A program made the position numbers and the translations under genes. This document shows, piece by piece, positions 47,301 to 55,668 of a stretch of DNA of 64,000 nt. The notes beneath the pieces are model-generated. The model searched no databases, had not been told where the DNA came from, and worked only from the letters and a program-made list of their open reading frames with translations. How positions within the stretch are numbered: the stretch's first letter is position 1; every line of letters starts with the position of its first letter. This stretch comes from Candidatus Delongbacteria bacterium. Its GTDB lineage: Bacteria > CAIWAD01. The DNA lies in contig JACKCN010000001.1 of NCBI GenBank assembly GCA_020634015.1, positions 569,727-633,726 on the forward strand. The letters are read 5' to 3'.

Positions 47301-50300
47301 CTGGGACGTGGCCGTGAGACTGACCGTTTCGGACTGCCCCCCCATGTCGGCCGGGACCGTCACCACCAGCTGGATTTCCTCGAGGGTCAGCGGCGCCAGC
47401 GGCCCCACACTGCTGATCTCGTTGCCTTCCATGTCCTGGATGGCGTAGGTGAACAGCGAACCGCCGCTCAGCGTCAGGTCGTAACTGTCGGAGGCCAGAC
47501 CCGAGTTGCTGAGGGTGAAGGTGCCGGCCACCACGTTGTTCGAAGACGCCTGGATCAGCGTGGGACCGGTGAATTCCATCTGGAAGTCGGGAGGTGGCGC
47601 CAGATCGAAGCGAATCGTCCAGTTGGCCAGCGGCTGGGCGGGCGTGCCGTTGTAGATCACGGTCAGGCCGTCGGTGCCGGTGGAGTTCTCGATGCCGATG
47701 GTGCAGCTGCTCAGGTCCAGCCCATCCAGACTGGCGTAGTTGCAGAACACCTGCTGGGTGGCGAAGTCGATCACGACCTGGGCCGTCAGCAGTCCCACAC
47801 CACCGGTCTCGGGCACGTCGGCATAGGTCACCACCATGCGGCCATCGACATCATTGCCGTAGGACACCGTGCCTCCGCCGCCGGGATTCATGTCATCCCA
47901 GAACAGCGCGATCAGGCCACTGGGGGTGGTGGCGCTGGGCAGGTTCTGATTCACGGTGGAGGTCATGCCCACATTGCTGAAGCCGATCATGCCGTTGGAA
48001 CCGATGTAGAACTGGGTCTGGGCTTCTCCGTAGTAACTGAGCACACCATTCAGCGGGAAGGGCCCGGCGACCGAGTTGCTGGCGAGCGTCACCAGAGTCG
48101 CATCCTCGACGTCCACCCAGAAGTACTGCTGATCACCACCGGCGCTGGAAACCCAGGCATTGCCATAGGCATCCGGCCCACCAGCGGCCGCATTGAAGAT
48201 CGAGGTGCTCACGGGCAGCAGGTAACTCACATCGGAATTGACCGACTCGATGCTGACCTGGGAAGCGTCGATGGTCGTGGGCGCCTCGGCATCCACAAAG
48301 CCCGCCAACTGGATCGTGATGCTTTCCAGCGGCTGCAGCACACCCGTGTTGCCCACCGGGCTGCCATTGAGCTGGATCGTCCAGTCCACGAGATCTTCAA
48401 AGGAAATGTTCAGGTCATAACTGTCGGGAAGCAGACCCGCGTTGGTGATGGTGAACTCTTCCAGCAGATTGCCCGCCGGACCACCTGTGGTATTGATGGT
48501 CAGCGGTGACACACCAACGGCGTAATCAGGGGGCGGAGCCAGGTCGAAACGAAGGGTCCACTGCTCCAGCGGAGAGGCCGGCGTGTTGTTGTAGATCACC
48601 TGCAGTCCGTCCGTGCCCGTGGCATTCTCGATGCCGATGGTGCAGCTGGTGATGTCCAGCGGGGCGGTCAGGGCTTCATAATTGTAGAAGATCTGCGATT
48701 CGGCGAAGTCGTACACCACCTGAGCGGTCAGGGTGCCCGTACCGGAATACTCGGAGACCGCATCGTAGGTCACGACGAAACGCCCATCCACGGTGCCGCA
48801 GTACACCTGGCCACCGGAGGACGGATTCATGTCGTCCCAGAACAGGGGCATGATGTTGTTGGGAGCGGCGGCATTGGGAATGGCCACATTGCCCAGGCTG
48901 TTCAGCGAGGTGGAGGTGAAGGCCAGGTTGCCGTTGCTGCCGATATACAGCTCGGTATACGGATCCCCGTAGTAACTGATCACCGACCCCATGTCGAAGG
49001 GACCGGCGAAGGAGTCGTCCGTGAGTGTCACATAGGTGCGGTCTTCTTCGGGGATGTCCACCCAGAAGTATTCCTGATCACCCCCGGCGCTGGATACCCA
49101 GGTATTGCCGAACGCATCGGGGCCACCGGCGGCACCGTTGAAGATCGCTGTGTTCAGCGCCACACTGGCGGTGGCGTCGGAGTTCACCGATTCGAAGGTC
49201 AGTGTGGCATTGTCCGTGCCCGTGGGTGCGTTCTCATCGATGGTGCCCACCACGTCCACGGTGGTGGAGGCACCCGGGTCCAGGGGACCGATGGTGGAGA
49301 CGGGGTTGCCGTTGACGAAGGTGCCCCAGGCGACCACACCGGGAGCACTGAGGCTCAGGTCATAGCTGTCCGCCAGATTGCCGCCATTGGTGATGGTGAC
49401 GCTGCCCGCGATCTCATCGCTGGGGCCCCCGTTGAAGCCCAGTGCGCTGGTGTCCAGAAAGATCAGGTAGTCGGGAGGCGGTGCCAGATCGAAACGCACG
49501 GTGGTCTGATTGGCAGGCACCTGTGCTGCGTTGTTGTAGGCCAGCTGCAGACCGTCCGTGCCCGTTTCGTTCTCGATGCCGATGGTGCAGCTTGTCTGAT
49601 CGATGCCGTTTGCCAAGGCTTCGTAATTGAAGTAGACGGCGGGGCCGTCAAAATCGATCACGATCTGCGCCGTCAGGGTTCCGGGGCCACTGGAGTACTC
49701 GTTGACCGCATCGTAGGTGATCACGAAGTCCCCGTCCACCGTGCCCGTATACACCTGGCCACCCGTGGCGGGATTCATGTCATCCCAGAACAGCGACAGC
49801 AGGGCATTGGGATTGGCCAGACTGGGAATGGCCACATTGCCCAGATTGTTCAGCGAAGTGCCCAGAAACCCCACGTTGCCATTGGAGCCCACATAGATTT
49901 CGCTGTAGTCCACGCCGTAGAAACTCAGGGTTCCGCCCATGTCCAGCGGACCCACGAAGGAATCGTCGGTAAGGGTCAGGTAATTGCGATCCACTTCGGG
50001 AATGTCGACCCACGCATACGCGGGCCCACCTTCGTCACCGGTCATGATCCAGGTGTTGCCCCAGGCGTCGGGTCCACCTTCGTCCGTGCCGTGTGACGGC
50101 CCCTTGTGGGAGATCTCGGCGGCCTGGTCTTCGAGCCACTGCTTCTCGACAGGGGTGAAATCTCCACCGTGTGCCAGTTTCCACTGGATGCGATCCTCCA
50201 GACTGAAGGCCTGATCCGCATCCAGTTTCTCCTGCTGCTCGCGCGTGCTCAGGGGAGTCGGCAGCTGTGATGCATCCAGACCGGGAGCGCTCACCAGCGT

Positions 50301-50528
50301 TGCAGTCGGGGTCGTTGCCGGTGTGGTCTCGACCGTCTTCGCCTTCAGCCGTGCGGCGGCCTGGTCGGCGACCTTCTCCGCCAGCTCGGCGGCGCTCAGC
50401 GTCTGTCCGGATGCGCGCAAAGCCGCATCCTTGTCCGCCTGTTCCGCGGGACTCAACCCGGACGCATGGGCAAGACTGCCCAGCATCAGGGCCAAGGCCA
50501 GCACTCCAATCGGTCGTGCCTGCTTCAT
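44304..50528 (-). CDS. Giant secreted T9SS cargo protein (about 2075 aa). Paralog of 39834-44024 with seven copies of the same module.
   Basis: Signal peptide MKQARPIGVLALALMLGSLAHA. An Ala/Glu/Lys-rich N-terminal region, then seven modules. The last module plus the C-terminal ~420 aa are about 80-90% identical to the paralog. C-terminal NYPNPFNPATMIRY...GVYFYRIQV. Confidence 0.85.
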   Translation of the reverse strand: MKQARPIGVLALALMLGSLAHASGLSPAEQADKDAALRASGQTLSAAELAEKVADQAAARLKAKTVETTPATTPTATLVSAPGLDASQLPTPLSTREQQEKLDADQAFSLEDRIQWKLAHGGDFTPVEKQWLEDQAAEISHKGPSHGTDEGGPDAWGNTWIMTGDEGGPAYAWVDIPEVDRNYLTLTDDSFVGPLDMGGTLSFYGVDYSEIYVGSNGNVGFLGTSLNNLGNVAIPSLANPNALLSLFWDDMNPATGGQVYTGTVDGDFVITYDAVNEYSSGPGTLTAQIVIDFDGPAVYFNYEALANGIDQTSCTIGIENETGTDGLQLAYNNAAQVPANQTTVRFDLAPPPDYLIFLDTSALGFNGGPSDEIAGSVTITNGGNLADSYDLSLSAPGVVAWGTFVNGNPVSTIGPLDPGASTTVDVVGTIDENAPTGTDNATLTFESVNSDATASVALNTAIFNGAAGGPDAFGNTWVSSAGGDQEYFWVDIPEEDRTYVTLTDDSFAGPFDMGSVISYYGDPYTELYIGSNGNLAFTSTSLNSLGNVAIPNAAAPNNIMPLFWDDMNPSSGGQVYCGTVDGRFVVTYDAVSEYSGTGTLTAQVVYDFAESQIFYNYEALTAPLDITSCTIGIENATGTDGLQVIYNNTPASPLEQWTLRFDLAPPPDYAVGVSPLTINTTGGPAGNLLEEFTITNAGLLPDSYDLNISFEDLVDWTIQLNGSPVGNTGVLQPLESITIQLAGFVDAEAPTTIDASQVSIESVNSDVSYLLPVSTSIFNAAAGGPDAYGNAWVSSAGGDQQYFWVDVEDATLVTLASNSVAGPFPLNGVLSYYGEAQTQFYIGSNGMIGFSNVGMTSTVNQNLPSATTPSGLIALFWDDMNPGGGGTVSYGNDVDGRMVVTYADVPETGGVGLLTAQVVIDFATQQVFCNYASLDGLDLSSCTIGIENSTGTDGLTVIYNGTPAQPLANWTIRFDLAPPPDFQMEFTGPTLIQASSNNVVAGTFTLSNSGLASDSYDLTLSGGSLFTYAIQDMEGNEISSVGPLAPLTLEEIQLVVTVPADMGGQSETVSLTATSQADDNTFITLNPTVNVIATSGSDSFGNEWYSNLDPDGTDFFFVELDPQDRTAVTLTDDSSAGPFDMGASINFYGVPQNQIYIGSNGMVGFAAAGMTTLANQNMPSTTAPNGVIALFWDDLNPGTGGQVYYGTSTEGYFVITYDGVFEYSGTGTFRAQVVFDFENDFIFLNYDQFNAPIDLTSCTIGIENYDGTDAAQVVYNNAPWTPFEEMTLRFELPPPPDFWPSLEDGVTAVGAADSEVSVPMDISNIGLLQDAYVLSASADNGIEVDILINGNPGNQTPVIQPEASFTFDLVLTIPEVPGGANSTITVNAVSVGDASRTDQTTALLTIVLVQGGPDGGGYFWSTTDADGVVEYDWVTIDNPTTATLTDDSSAGPFEIGFPWTHYGMEYTQVYIASNGSIGFDPTGLNSLANQQLPNVATPNGVISFFWDDLNPATAGGTVSYGSQDGMFIVTFDQVFEFGGQGRITAQVILDSNEEAVRINYQTLAAPLDILSCTIGQEDAGGNQGFSACYNGQGWLPHDNASIWFGFNVIGPSGPYAVRVRPDNLQGVGITGGYAEYELEVENRGENPSAFTLETEGNVWDVTFHDIDDDWAEITEVPEMAFDTVFNLGVRVHVPEEPASFTDLVHLTVVSTEDETASDDAQILTASSCSHTAQLHQNINGNGLFGMEHLMDGDWVEGETIAWLGTNVNRMVMEDTESGAVGDIVALPFGHDYMGIAHDSRDNSFWVSYVGGISHVTIGGALINAFSPALLDAGTGRVPSGLAFDSEGEILWAICANGAVDEFVRMDVSDATNLVGLNAMIVPWSTPGGSGSAGLDYNEGSDQLVALHTGSGTVECFLDLGDGTVDARGDFCPSGLTDAHGLALTDDGRLFVGWTSGLAHPVEEYMVPCAVTAIDRDALRLPVDFELGSNYPNPFNPATMIRYGLPEQGKVRLDVYNLVGQHQQVLVDGLRPAGYHEVRFDGASLASGVYFYRIQVTDLNGSSLFSDTGKMILLK

Positions 50529-50757
50529 GGTGCCTCCTGTCAAGAGTTCGCTCGTATGATACACTGTCTGATCGTTGCGGCCGACGGCCCCATTGCCCTT
50601 CTGGAAGGACTCCGGAAGGATGACTCGTACAAGGGGCCTTGCTGTGAAAACAAGGAAGTGCCGGGAAGATACTTTCCCCTGCCAACGGATGACAGCAAGA
50701 TTCCGCATTCGCTGAAGTTGAAGAAGAGGGTGCCGCTCTCTATCTTCAGGGCCTCTC

Positions 50758-50830
<73 letters not shown>

Positions 50831-50834
50831 TGAT

Positions 50835-50874
50835 GACAGAAAAGGGGCACCTCGCGGTGCCCCTTCTGTCTTTC
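50835..50874. terminator. Bidirectional rho-independent terminator.
   Basis: GACAGAAAAGGGGCACC-TCGC-GGTGCCCCTTCTGTC followed by TTTC. Long GC-rich stem between tRNA-Thr (+) and the convergent NYN-domain gene (-). Confidence 0.8.
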
Positions 50875-51869
50875 TAGCCAAGCAGTTCCTGCTCCTGGAT
50901 GACGATGTGCGTGGCAGCCCCGGCCTTGTGCTCGTCCGGTGGGCGCACGATGAAGAAACTCACCGGCAGCCCCATCAACTCATCCGAGAATTCCAGCCCC
51001 TCGTCCAGGTCGGTGTAATGGAAGAAGTAATCCTGGCCTGAATCGCTGGTGATGAACCCGAAGCCCTTGTCCAGCTTGATGGTCTTGATGGCGCCATGTA
51101 CTTCGGCGCCTTCTTCCAGTGCGCGCAGACGGTCCTGTTCGATCTCCTCGAACTGGCGCTGACGCTGGGTGTAACTGGGAGCGGGCGGACGGGAATCGCC
51201 GTAGGCCGCGGTGTCGGACTCGTACTCCTCGTGGCGACGCAGTTCGCGCTGGAGCTGGATCCGCGGCACCATGTCGTCCATCCAGAGGGTGTCGAAGTCG
51301 GCGACCAGACCCCTCTCCTGACTGGAGGTGAACTCGGGTGTGCAGCAATTGCGGATGCTGAGAATCGCGGTGCGCTTGCCGAAACGGCGTACGGCGCGGA
51401 TCGCGGGCTTGTAATCGCGGTCGCCAATCAGGAACACGCCGATGTCGAAGGCATGGTTGAAGGCGCACTGCAGGCTGGTGGCCGCCAGGGAAATCGCCGC
51501 CTGGCCTTCGCGCGGGTGAAAGGGATCGGTGGCCTCGCGGTCGCTGCGCCGGATGCGACGGCCCTTGAAGTTGACCGGATAGGTTTCCACGTGATAATAG
51601 AAGTCCTCGCGCATCCGGGTGTAAAAGTCCTTCTGGCGCTGCGAAAGCGCTTCGTCCAGCGGATCGACCTTCACCGGGAACGCGCCGAACATGTACCCAC
51701 GCACGAACTCGAGCGGCATTCCGGGATTCTGCTCGTTGAGGTCTTCCAGAATGGCGTCGGTCAGTTTCTGGAAGTCGACCTGATAATGACGGTCTTCGGT
51801 GTAATCGAGCAGGCGGGACATGTTCTGATAGAACCACGTGCCATCGACAAACAGCATCACCTTGGCCAT
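50874..51869 (-). CDS. NYN (LabA-like, PIN-like nuclease) domain protein fused to a C-terminal cold-shock domain.
   Basis: Start MAKVMLFVDGTWFY with a GGAGG RBS. NYN acidic residues are present. C-terminal GAIKTIKLDKGFGFITSDSGQDYFFHYTDL is a CSD/S1-like RNP motif. Confidence 0.7.
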   Translation of the reverse strand: MAKVMLFVDGTWFYQNMSRLLDYTEDRHYQVDFQKLTDAILEDLNEQNPGMPLEFVRGYMFGAFPVKVDPLDEALSQRQKDFYTRMREDFYYHVETYPVNFKGRRIRRSDREATDPFHPREGQAAISLAATSLQCAFNHAFDIGVFLIGDRDYKPAIRAVRRFGKRTAILSIRNCCTPEFTSSQERGLVADFDTLWMDDMVPRIQLQRELRRHEEYESDTAAYGDSRPPAPSYTQRQRQFEEIEQDRLRALEEGAEVHGAIKTIKLDKGFGFITSDSGQDYFFHYTDLDEGLEFSDELMGLPVSFFIVRPPDEHKAGAATHIVIQEQELLG

Positions 51870-52027
51870 GATGTTCCTCCGGGGACTGATAAGGGTAGAT
51901 ACTTGCACTGCCGGCTGGGCTGTCGGACCAATCATAATGACGTTATCAAATCAATCGGACCCCCACCGGGAAGGCGCAAGGTTGCAGTTCCGGAGCGACT
52001 TTTCAACGGCGGCAGGACGTCACACGC

Positions 52028-53809
52028 TCATTGCACAGGATGGTTAAGCAGATTTTCGGCCCAGATCGGGAAACTGGGGAAACGCTCGCGCATGCATTGC
52101 TGGCAGGTCCGGGCGATTTCCTCGGCACTGTCCAGCGCCATGATCCGCCGTGTGAGCTGACGTGCTTCCTTCTGGCTCATGGAGCGGATCAGCATCTTGA
52201 TTTCCGGCAGAATCACGGGGCTCACGCTCAGCTCATCCAGGCCCAGTCCCACCAGCAGCATGGTCGCACTGGGATCGCCGGCCAGCTCACCGCACATGCC
52301 CACCTGGATGCCAGCCTTCCGACCCGCCTGAACGGTCAGCGCGATGCTGCGCAACACGGCGGGATTCAGGCTGCTGAACAGGTGCCCCACCAGCTTGTTG
52401 TTGCGGTCCACGGCCAGCAGATACTGGGTCAGGTCGTTGGTGCCAATGGAAAAGAAGTCCACCATCCGGGCCAGCTCGGGCGCACACAGCACGGCGCTGG
52501 GCACTTCGACCATGATGCCCACCTTCATCGATTCGTCAAAGCTGATGCGGCTCTCGCGCAGTTCCTTCTTCACCGATTCGAGCACGTCCAGGGCCTCGCG
52601 CAATTCGTCGGTGCCGCTGATCATGGGAAACATCAGCCGCACGTTGCCCAGTTCGCTGGCCCGCAGGATGGCACGCAACTGGGTCCGGAACATGCGCGGC
52701 CGATCGAGGCTGACCCGGATCGCACGCCAGCCCAGAAAGGGATTGGCTTCGCTGGGAAAGTCCATCCCGGCGGGCTGCTTGTCGCCGCCCAGGTCGAAGG
52801 TGCGGATGGTGAGCGGATGCGGGTGCATCGCCCGGGCCGCCTCCACGTACTCGCGGTACTGGTATTTCTCGCTGGGCATGCTGCGCGCGGCCAGGTACAG
52901 GTACTCGCTGCGGAACAGGCCCACGCCCCGGCCTCCACTGCGGATCACCTTGTCCAGCTCGCTGGAGAGCTCGAGGTTGCAGGAGAGCTCGATCGTGTGA
53001 CCATCGCGTGTCACGGCCGGCGCGTCCTGGATCTCGCTGAGCGCCAGCTCGAATTCCTTGAAGACCTGACGCGCTTCCCGGAAGCGCTTGGTGGTGCGCA
53101 CGGACGGGTGCACGTAGATTTTTCCGGTGCTGCCGTCCAGAATCGCCAGGTCCCCATCCTTGACGTGAGTCAACACGCCTTCGGCACCCACGATGGCGGG
53201 CACCCCCACACTGCGGCAGAGAATGGTGGTGTGACTGGCCAGGCTGCCCTTTTCGGTGATCAGGGCCAATACCTGGTCCGTGTCCAGCTCGGCGGTTTCC
53301 GAGGGACTGAGGTCGTCGGCGACCAGAATGAACGGCACGTCGGAGCTGCGCAACTTGCGACGTCGGCGCCCCTGCAGTTGCTCGATCAGCCGGCGTCCCA
53401 CGTCTTCCAGGTCCGTGGCACGCTGGCGCAGGTACTCATCCTTGAGTCCGCGGAATTGTTTCACAAGAATCTGCAGGCATTGCTGGAGCGCATAATCGGC
53501 GTTGACCCGCTCGGTGCGGATCATGCCATCCACGGGTTCCAGCAGCATGGGATCCTGCAGGATCAGCAGGTGAGCCTCGAAAATGCCCGCACTCTCGGTG
53601 CCCATGCGATTGGCCACCTGGTCCAGGGTCTTGCGAATCTCCTTCGAGGTGCGATCGAGGGCCCCCTGGAAACGACGCAACTCGGCGTCGACTTCATTGT
53701 CGCGCAGGGAGCGGGGCTGGACATTCAGCGAATCGCTGGCGCGCACCTGTACCGGCCCGATGATGATGCCGGGGCTGACGCCAATGCCACTCAAACGGAT
53801 CTCGCCCAT
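52028..53809 (-). CDS. ptsI: Phosphoenolpyruvate-protein phosphotransferase (PTS enzyme I).
   Basis: 593 aa with EI N-terminal, PEP-utilising and TIM-barrel regions (GGRTSHAAI-like region, LGTNDLTQYLLA). Confidence 0.9.
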   Translation of the reverse strand: MGEIRLSGIGVSPGIIIGPVQVRASDSLNVQPRSLRDNEVDAELRRFQGALDRTSKEIRKTLDQVANRMGTESAGIFEAHLLILQDPMLLEPVDGMIRTERVNADYALQQCLQILVKQFRGLKDEYLRQRATDLEDVGRRLIEQLQGRRRRKLRSSDVPFILVADDLSPSETAELDTDQVLALITEKGSLASHTTILCRSVGVPAIVGAEGVLTHVKDGDLAILDGSTGKIYVHPSVRTTKRFREARQVFKEFELALSEIQDAPAVTRDGHTIELSCNLELSSELDKVIRSGGRGVGLFRSEYLYLAARSMPSEKYQYREYVEAARAMHPHPLTIRTFDLGGDKQPAGMDFPSEANPFLGWRAIRVSLDRPRMFRTQLRAILRASELGNVRLMFPMISGTDELREALDVLESVKKELRESRISFDESMKVGIMVEVPSAVLCAPELARMVDFFSIGTNDLTQYLLAVDRNNKLVGHLFSSLNPAVLRSIALTVQAGRKAGIQVGMCGELAGDPSATMLLVGLGLDELSVSPVILPEIKMLIRSMSQKEARQLTRRIMALDSAEEIARTCQQCMRERFPSFPIWAENLLNHPVQ

Positions 53810-53812
53810 CTC

Positions 53813-54079
53813 TCACTCCTCGTGGAAGCGATCCATGAACAACTGGCGCAGGTCGGCCAGCAGCTTGTCTTCGTCGGGACCGTCCACCTCCACGGTGACC
53901 GGTGCTCCACTCTCGGCCTCGAGCAGCAGCACGCCCATGATGGACTTGCCGTTGACCCGGTTGCCCTCCTTCTCCAGCCAGAGCTCGGCCTGGTAGCGGG
54001 CGGCCACCTTGACGATGTGTTGAGCCGGTCGGGCGTGAATGCCCAGTTGGTTGCTCACCAGCAGATCTTCGCGAATCAT
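53813..54079 (-). CDS. ptsH: Phosphocarrier protein HPr.
   Basis: MIREDLLVSNQLGIHARPA carries His15. NGKSIMGVL carries Ser46. 88 aa. Confidence 0.85.
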   Translation of the reverse strand: MIREDLLVSNQLGIHARPAQHIVKVAARYQAELWLEKEGNRVNGKSIMGVLLLEAESGAPVTVEVDGPDEDKLLADLRQLFMDRFHEE

Positions 54080-54124
54080 TCCGGCCCCGATGCTGTCATT
54101 GGCCCCCAAAGGCCCGTTGATGGT

Positions 54125-54862
54125 TCAGCCATGCGCCGTGACACCAAGGTTGGCGCTCAGGAGCGCCAGCAGGGCCAGCCCTCCAAGAAACAAGGGCAAC
54201 GCCCAGCCACGCTCGGGCAGCTGCCAGGAGATGATGGTCACGGCTCCCAGTCCCAGAATCTGTGCCCAGCTGTGCCCGCTGAGCTGCACCTCCATGAAGC
54301 TGGTGCCCAGGAAGATGCCCGAGAACAGGGCAAAGAACCGACCCATCCACAGATTCAGCGGATGGCGGGTCAACTGCTGGATGTCCAGATGGATCCGGCT
54401 GCCCAGTTCCAGCCCTCGCACCAGCCCACGCCAGCGGATCCAGAGGTGCAGGATGTTGTAACCCAGAATGCCCACCCCGATGCAGAGCAGCGCGGCGGTC
54501 ACGAATCCTTCCAGCCAGAGAATCAGCCCCAGGCAGGCCAGCACGCCGGACAGCGGTTTCAGGTAGTACCAGAACAGGCGATCACCCACCGCTCCCAGAG
54601 GCGCCACCGAGGCCCGTTTGAGGCGCTCGAGCAGTTCGCCCTGCTCATCCTCCTCCATCCGGACCGTGGCCCCGATGATATAGCCGGCCAGGTAGGGATG
54701 GGAATTGAAGAATCCGAACGCCCGCAGCATGCGTGCCCGCCGTCCCGTGTTACGCTTGCGCAGGGTGGGCAGCAGGGCCCAGAGAATGCCCAGATGGGTC
54801 ATGCCCCGGTAGTTGATCAGGGCCTGGTTGAAGAATGAGCGCAGGAACAGGCTGGCTCTCAT
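54125..54862 (-). CDS. PTS mannose/sorbose-family IID component (putative).
   Basis: Membrane protein with N-terminus MRASLFLRSFFNQALINYRGM resembling PTS_EIID. ATGA overlap with the upstream IIC gene. Confidence 0.6.
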   Translation of the reverse strand: MRASLFLRSFFNQALINYRGMTHLGILWALLPTLRKRNTGRRARMLRAFGFFNSHPYLAGYIIGATVRMEEDEQGELLERLKRASVAPLGAVGDRLFWYYLKPLSGVLACLGLILWLEGFVTAALLCIGVGILGYNILHLWIRWRGLVRGLELGSRIHLDIQQLTRHPLNLWMGRFFALFSGIFLGTSFMEVQLSGHSWAQILGLGAVTIISWQLPERGWALPLFLGGLALLALLSANLGVTAHG

Positions 54863-55566
54863 CCTGCCATCTCCAGAAATATCAAATAGATGCCCACGCT
54901 GCCGAGCCAGCCCAGCAGCAACCAGGGACCTGGGCGCCGCCCGGTTCCAAGTTTCATTCCGGTGCCCACCGCCGTGGCCAGCACCATCCACTTGAAGAGC
55001 GTGGGGGCGGCTGGCAAAAGGCGTTGTCCCTGCAGCAGGAGGCCCGCGACCGGTGTCGCCAGCAACAGCACCAGCAGGCCGAAGGTGGCCGCCATGACCG
55101 CCGTGCCCAGCATGGCCAGCCAGAACAGCCGGTCCACGGATTCAGGTTCGTCACGCTCCACGGCCTGCTCGAAGCGGTCGTACCAGAAACGCGTATTCAC
55201 CTGGCGCTGCCAGTGAGTGTGCCAGGCGGCCAGATAACTCAGACCCACCGCAAGCAGCAGGCCCGCGAAGATGCGTGCTTCGGTGGAATCGGCCGGGTCG
55301 CCGGCCAGATTGACCGCCACCAGCCCCAGAAATCCACCCAGGACCGGGTCGGGTGGCGAAGCGGCGCCGAGGGGCATTTCGCGCAGCAGCAGCAGTTCCA
55401 GACTGAGCCCCATCCAGAGGCCCGTCTCCAGCTGCCCCGTCAGCAGGCCAGTCAGAGGCAGCAGCACCGCAGGTCGGCCGATCAGGAACTGGCCCACCGC
55501 CCAGGTTTCAAGATAGATGGCCGCCGTGGCCAGAGCCGACAGGCACAGGGGCAACAGACCGTTCAC
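54859..55566 (-). CDS. PTS mannose/sorbose-family IIC component (putative).
   Basis: Multi-TM 235 aa. Placed by context directly upstream of IID, HPr and EI. Confidence 0.55.
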   Translation of the reverse strand: MNGLLPLCLSALATAAIYLETWAVGQFLIGRPAVLLPLTGLLTGQLETGLWMGLSLELLLLREMPLGAASPPDPVLGGFLGLVAVNLAGDPADSTEARIFAGLLLAVGLSYLAAWHTHWQRQVNTRFWYDRFEQAVERDEPESVDRLFWLAMLGTAVMAATFGLLVLLLATPVAGLLLQGQRLLPAAPTLFKWMVLATAVGTGMKLGTGRRPGPWLLLGWLGSVGIYLIFLEMAG

Positions 55567-55668
55567 GGGGTTTCCGCTGTTTTGGAATGCCGCGATCGTG
55601 TGGGGAAATCGATCACCATACCGCCGGGCTGCCCCGATCCGCGTCGGGAGCGGCAGCCCTGGCGCACA

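Noticed and set aside
40668-48509. Long plus-strand ORFs (40668-43262, 44295-45965, 46146-48509, and 52031-54838 further on).
   Set aside because: They are antisense to the giant T9SS cargo genes and to ptsI/HPr/IID respectively. They are Gly/Val/Asp/His-rich mirror images of the real genes' codons.
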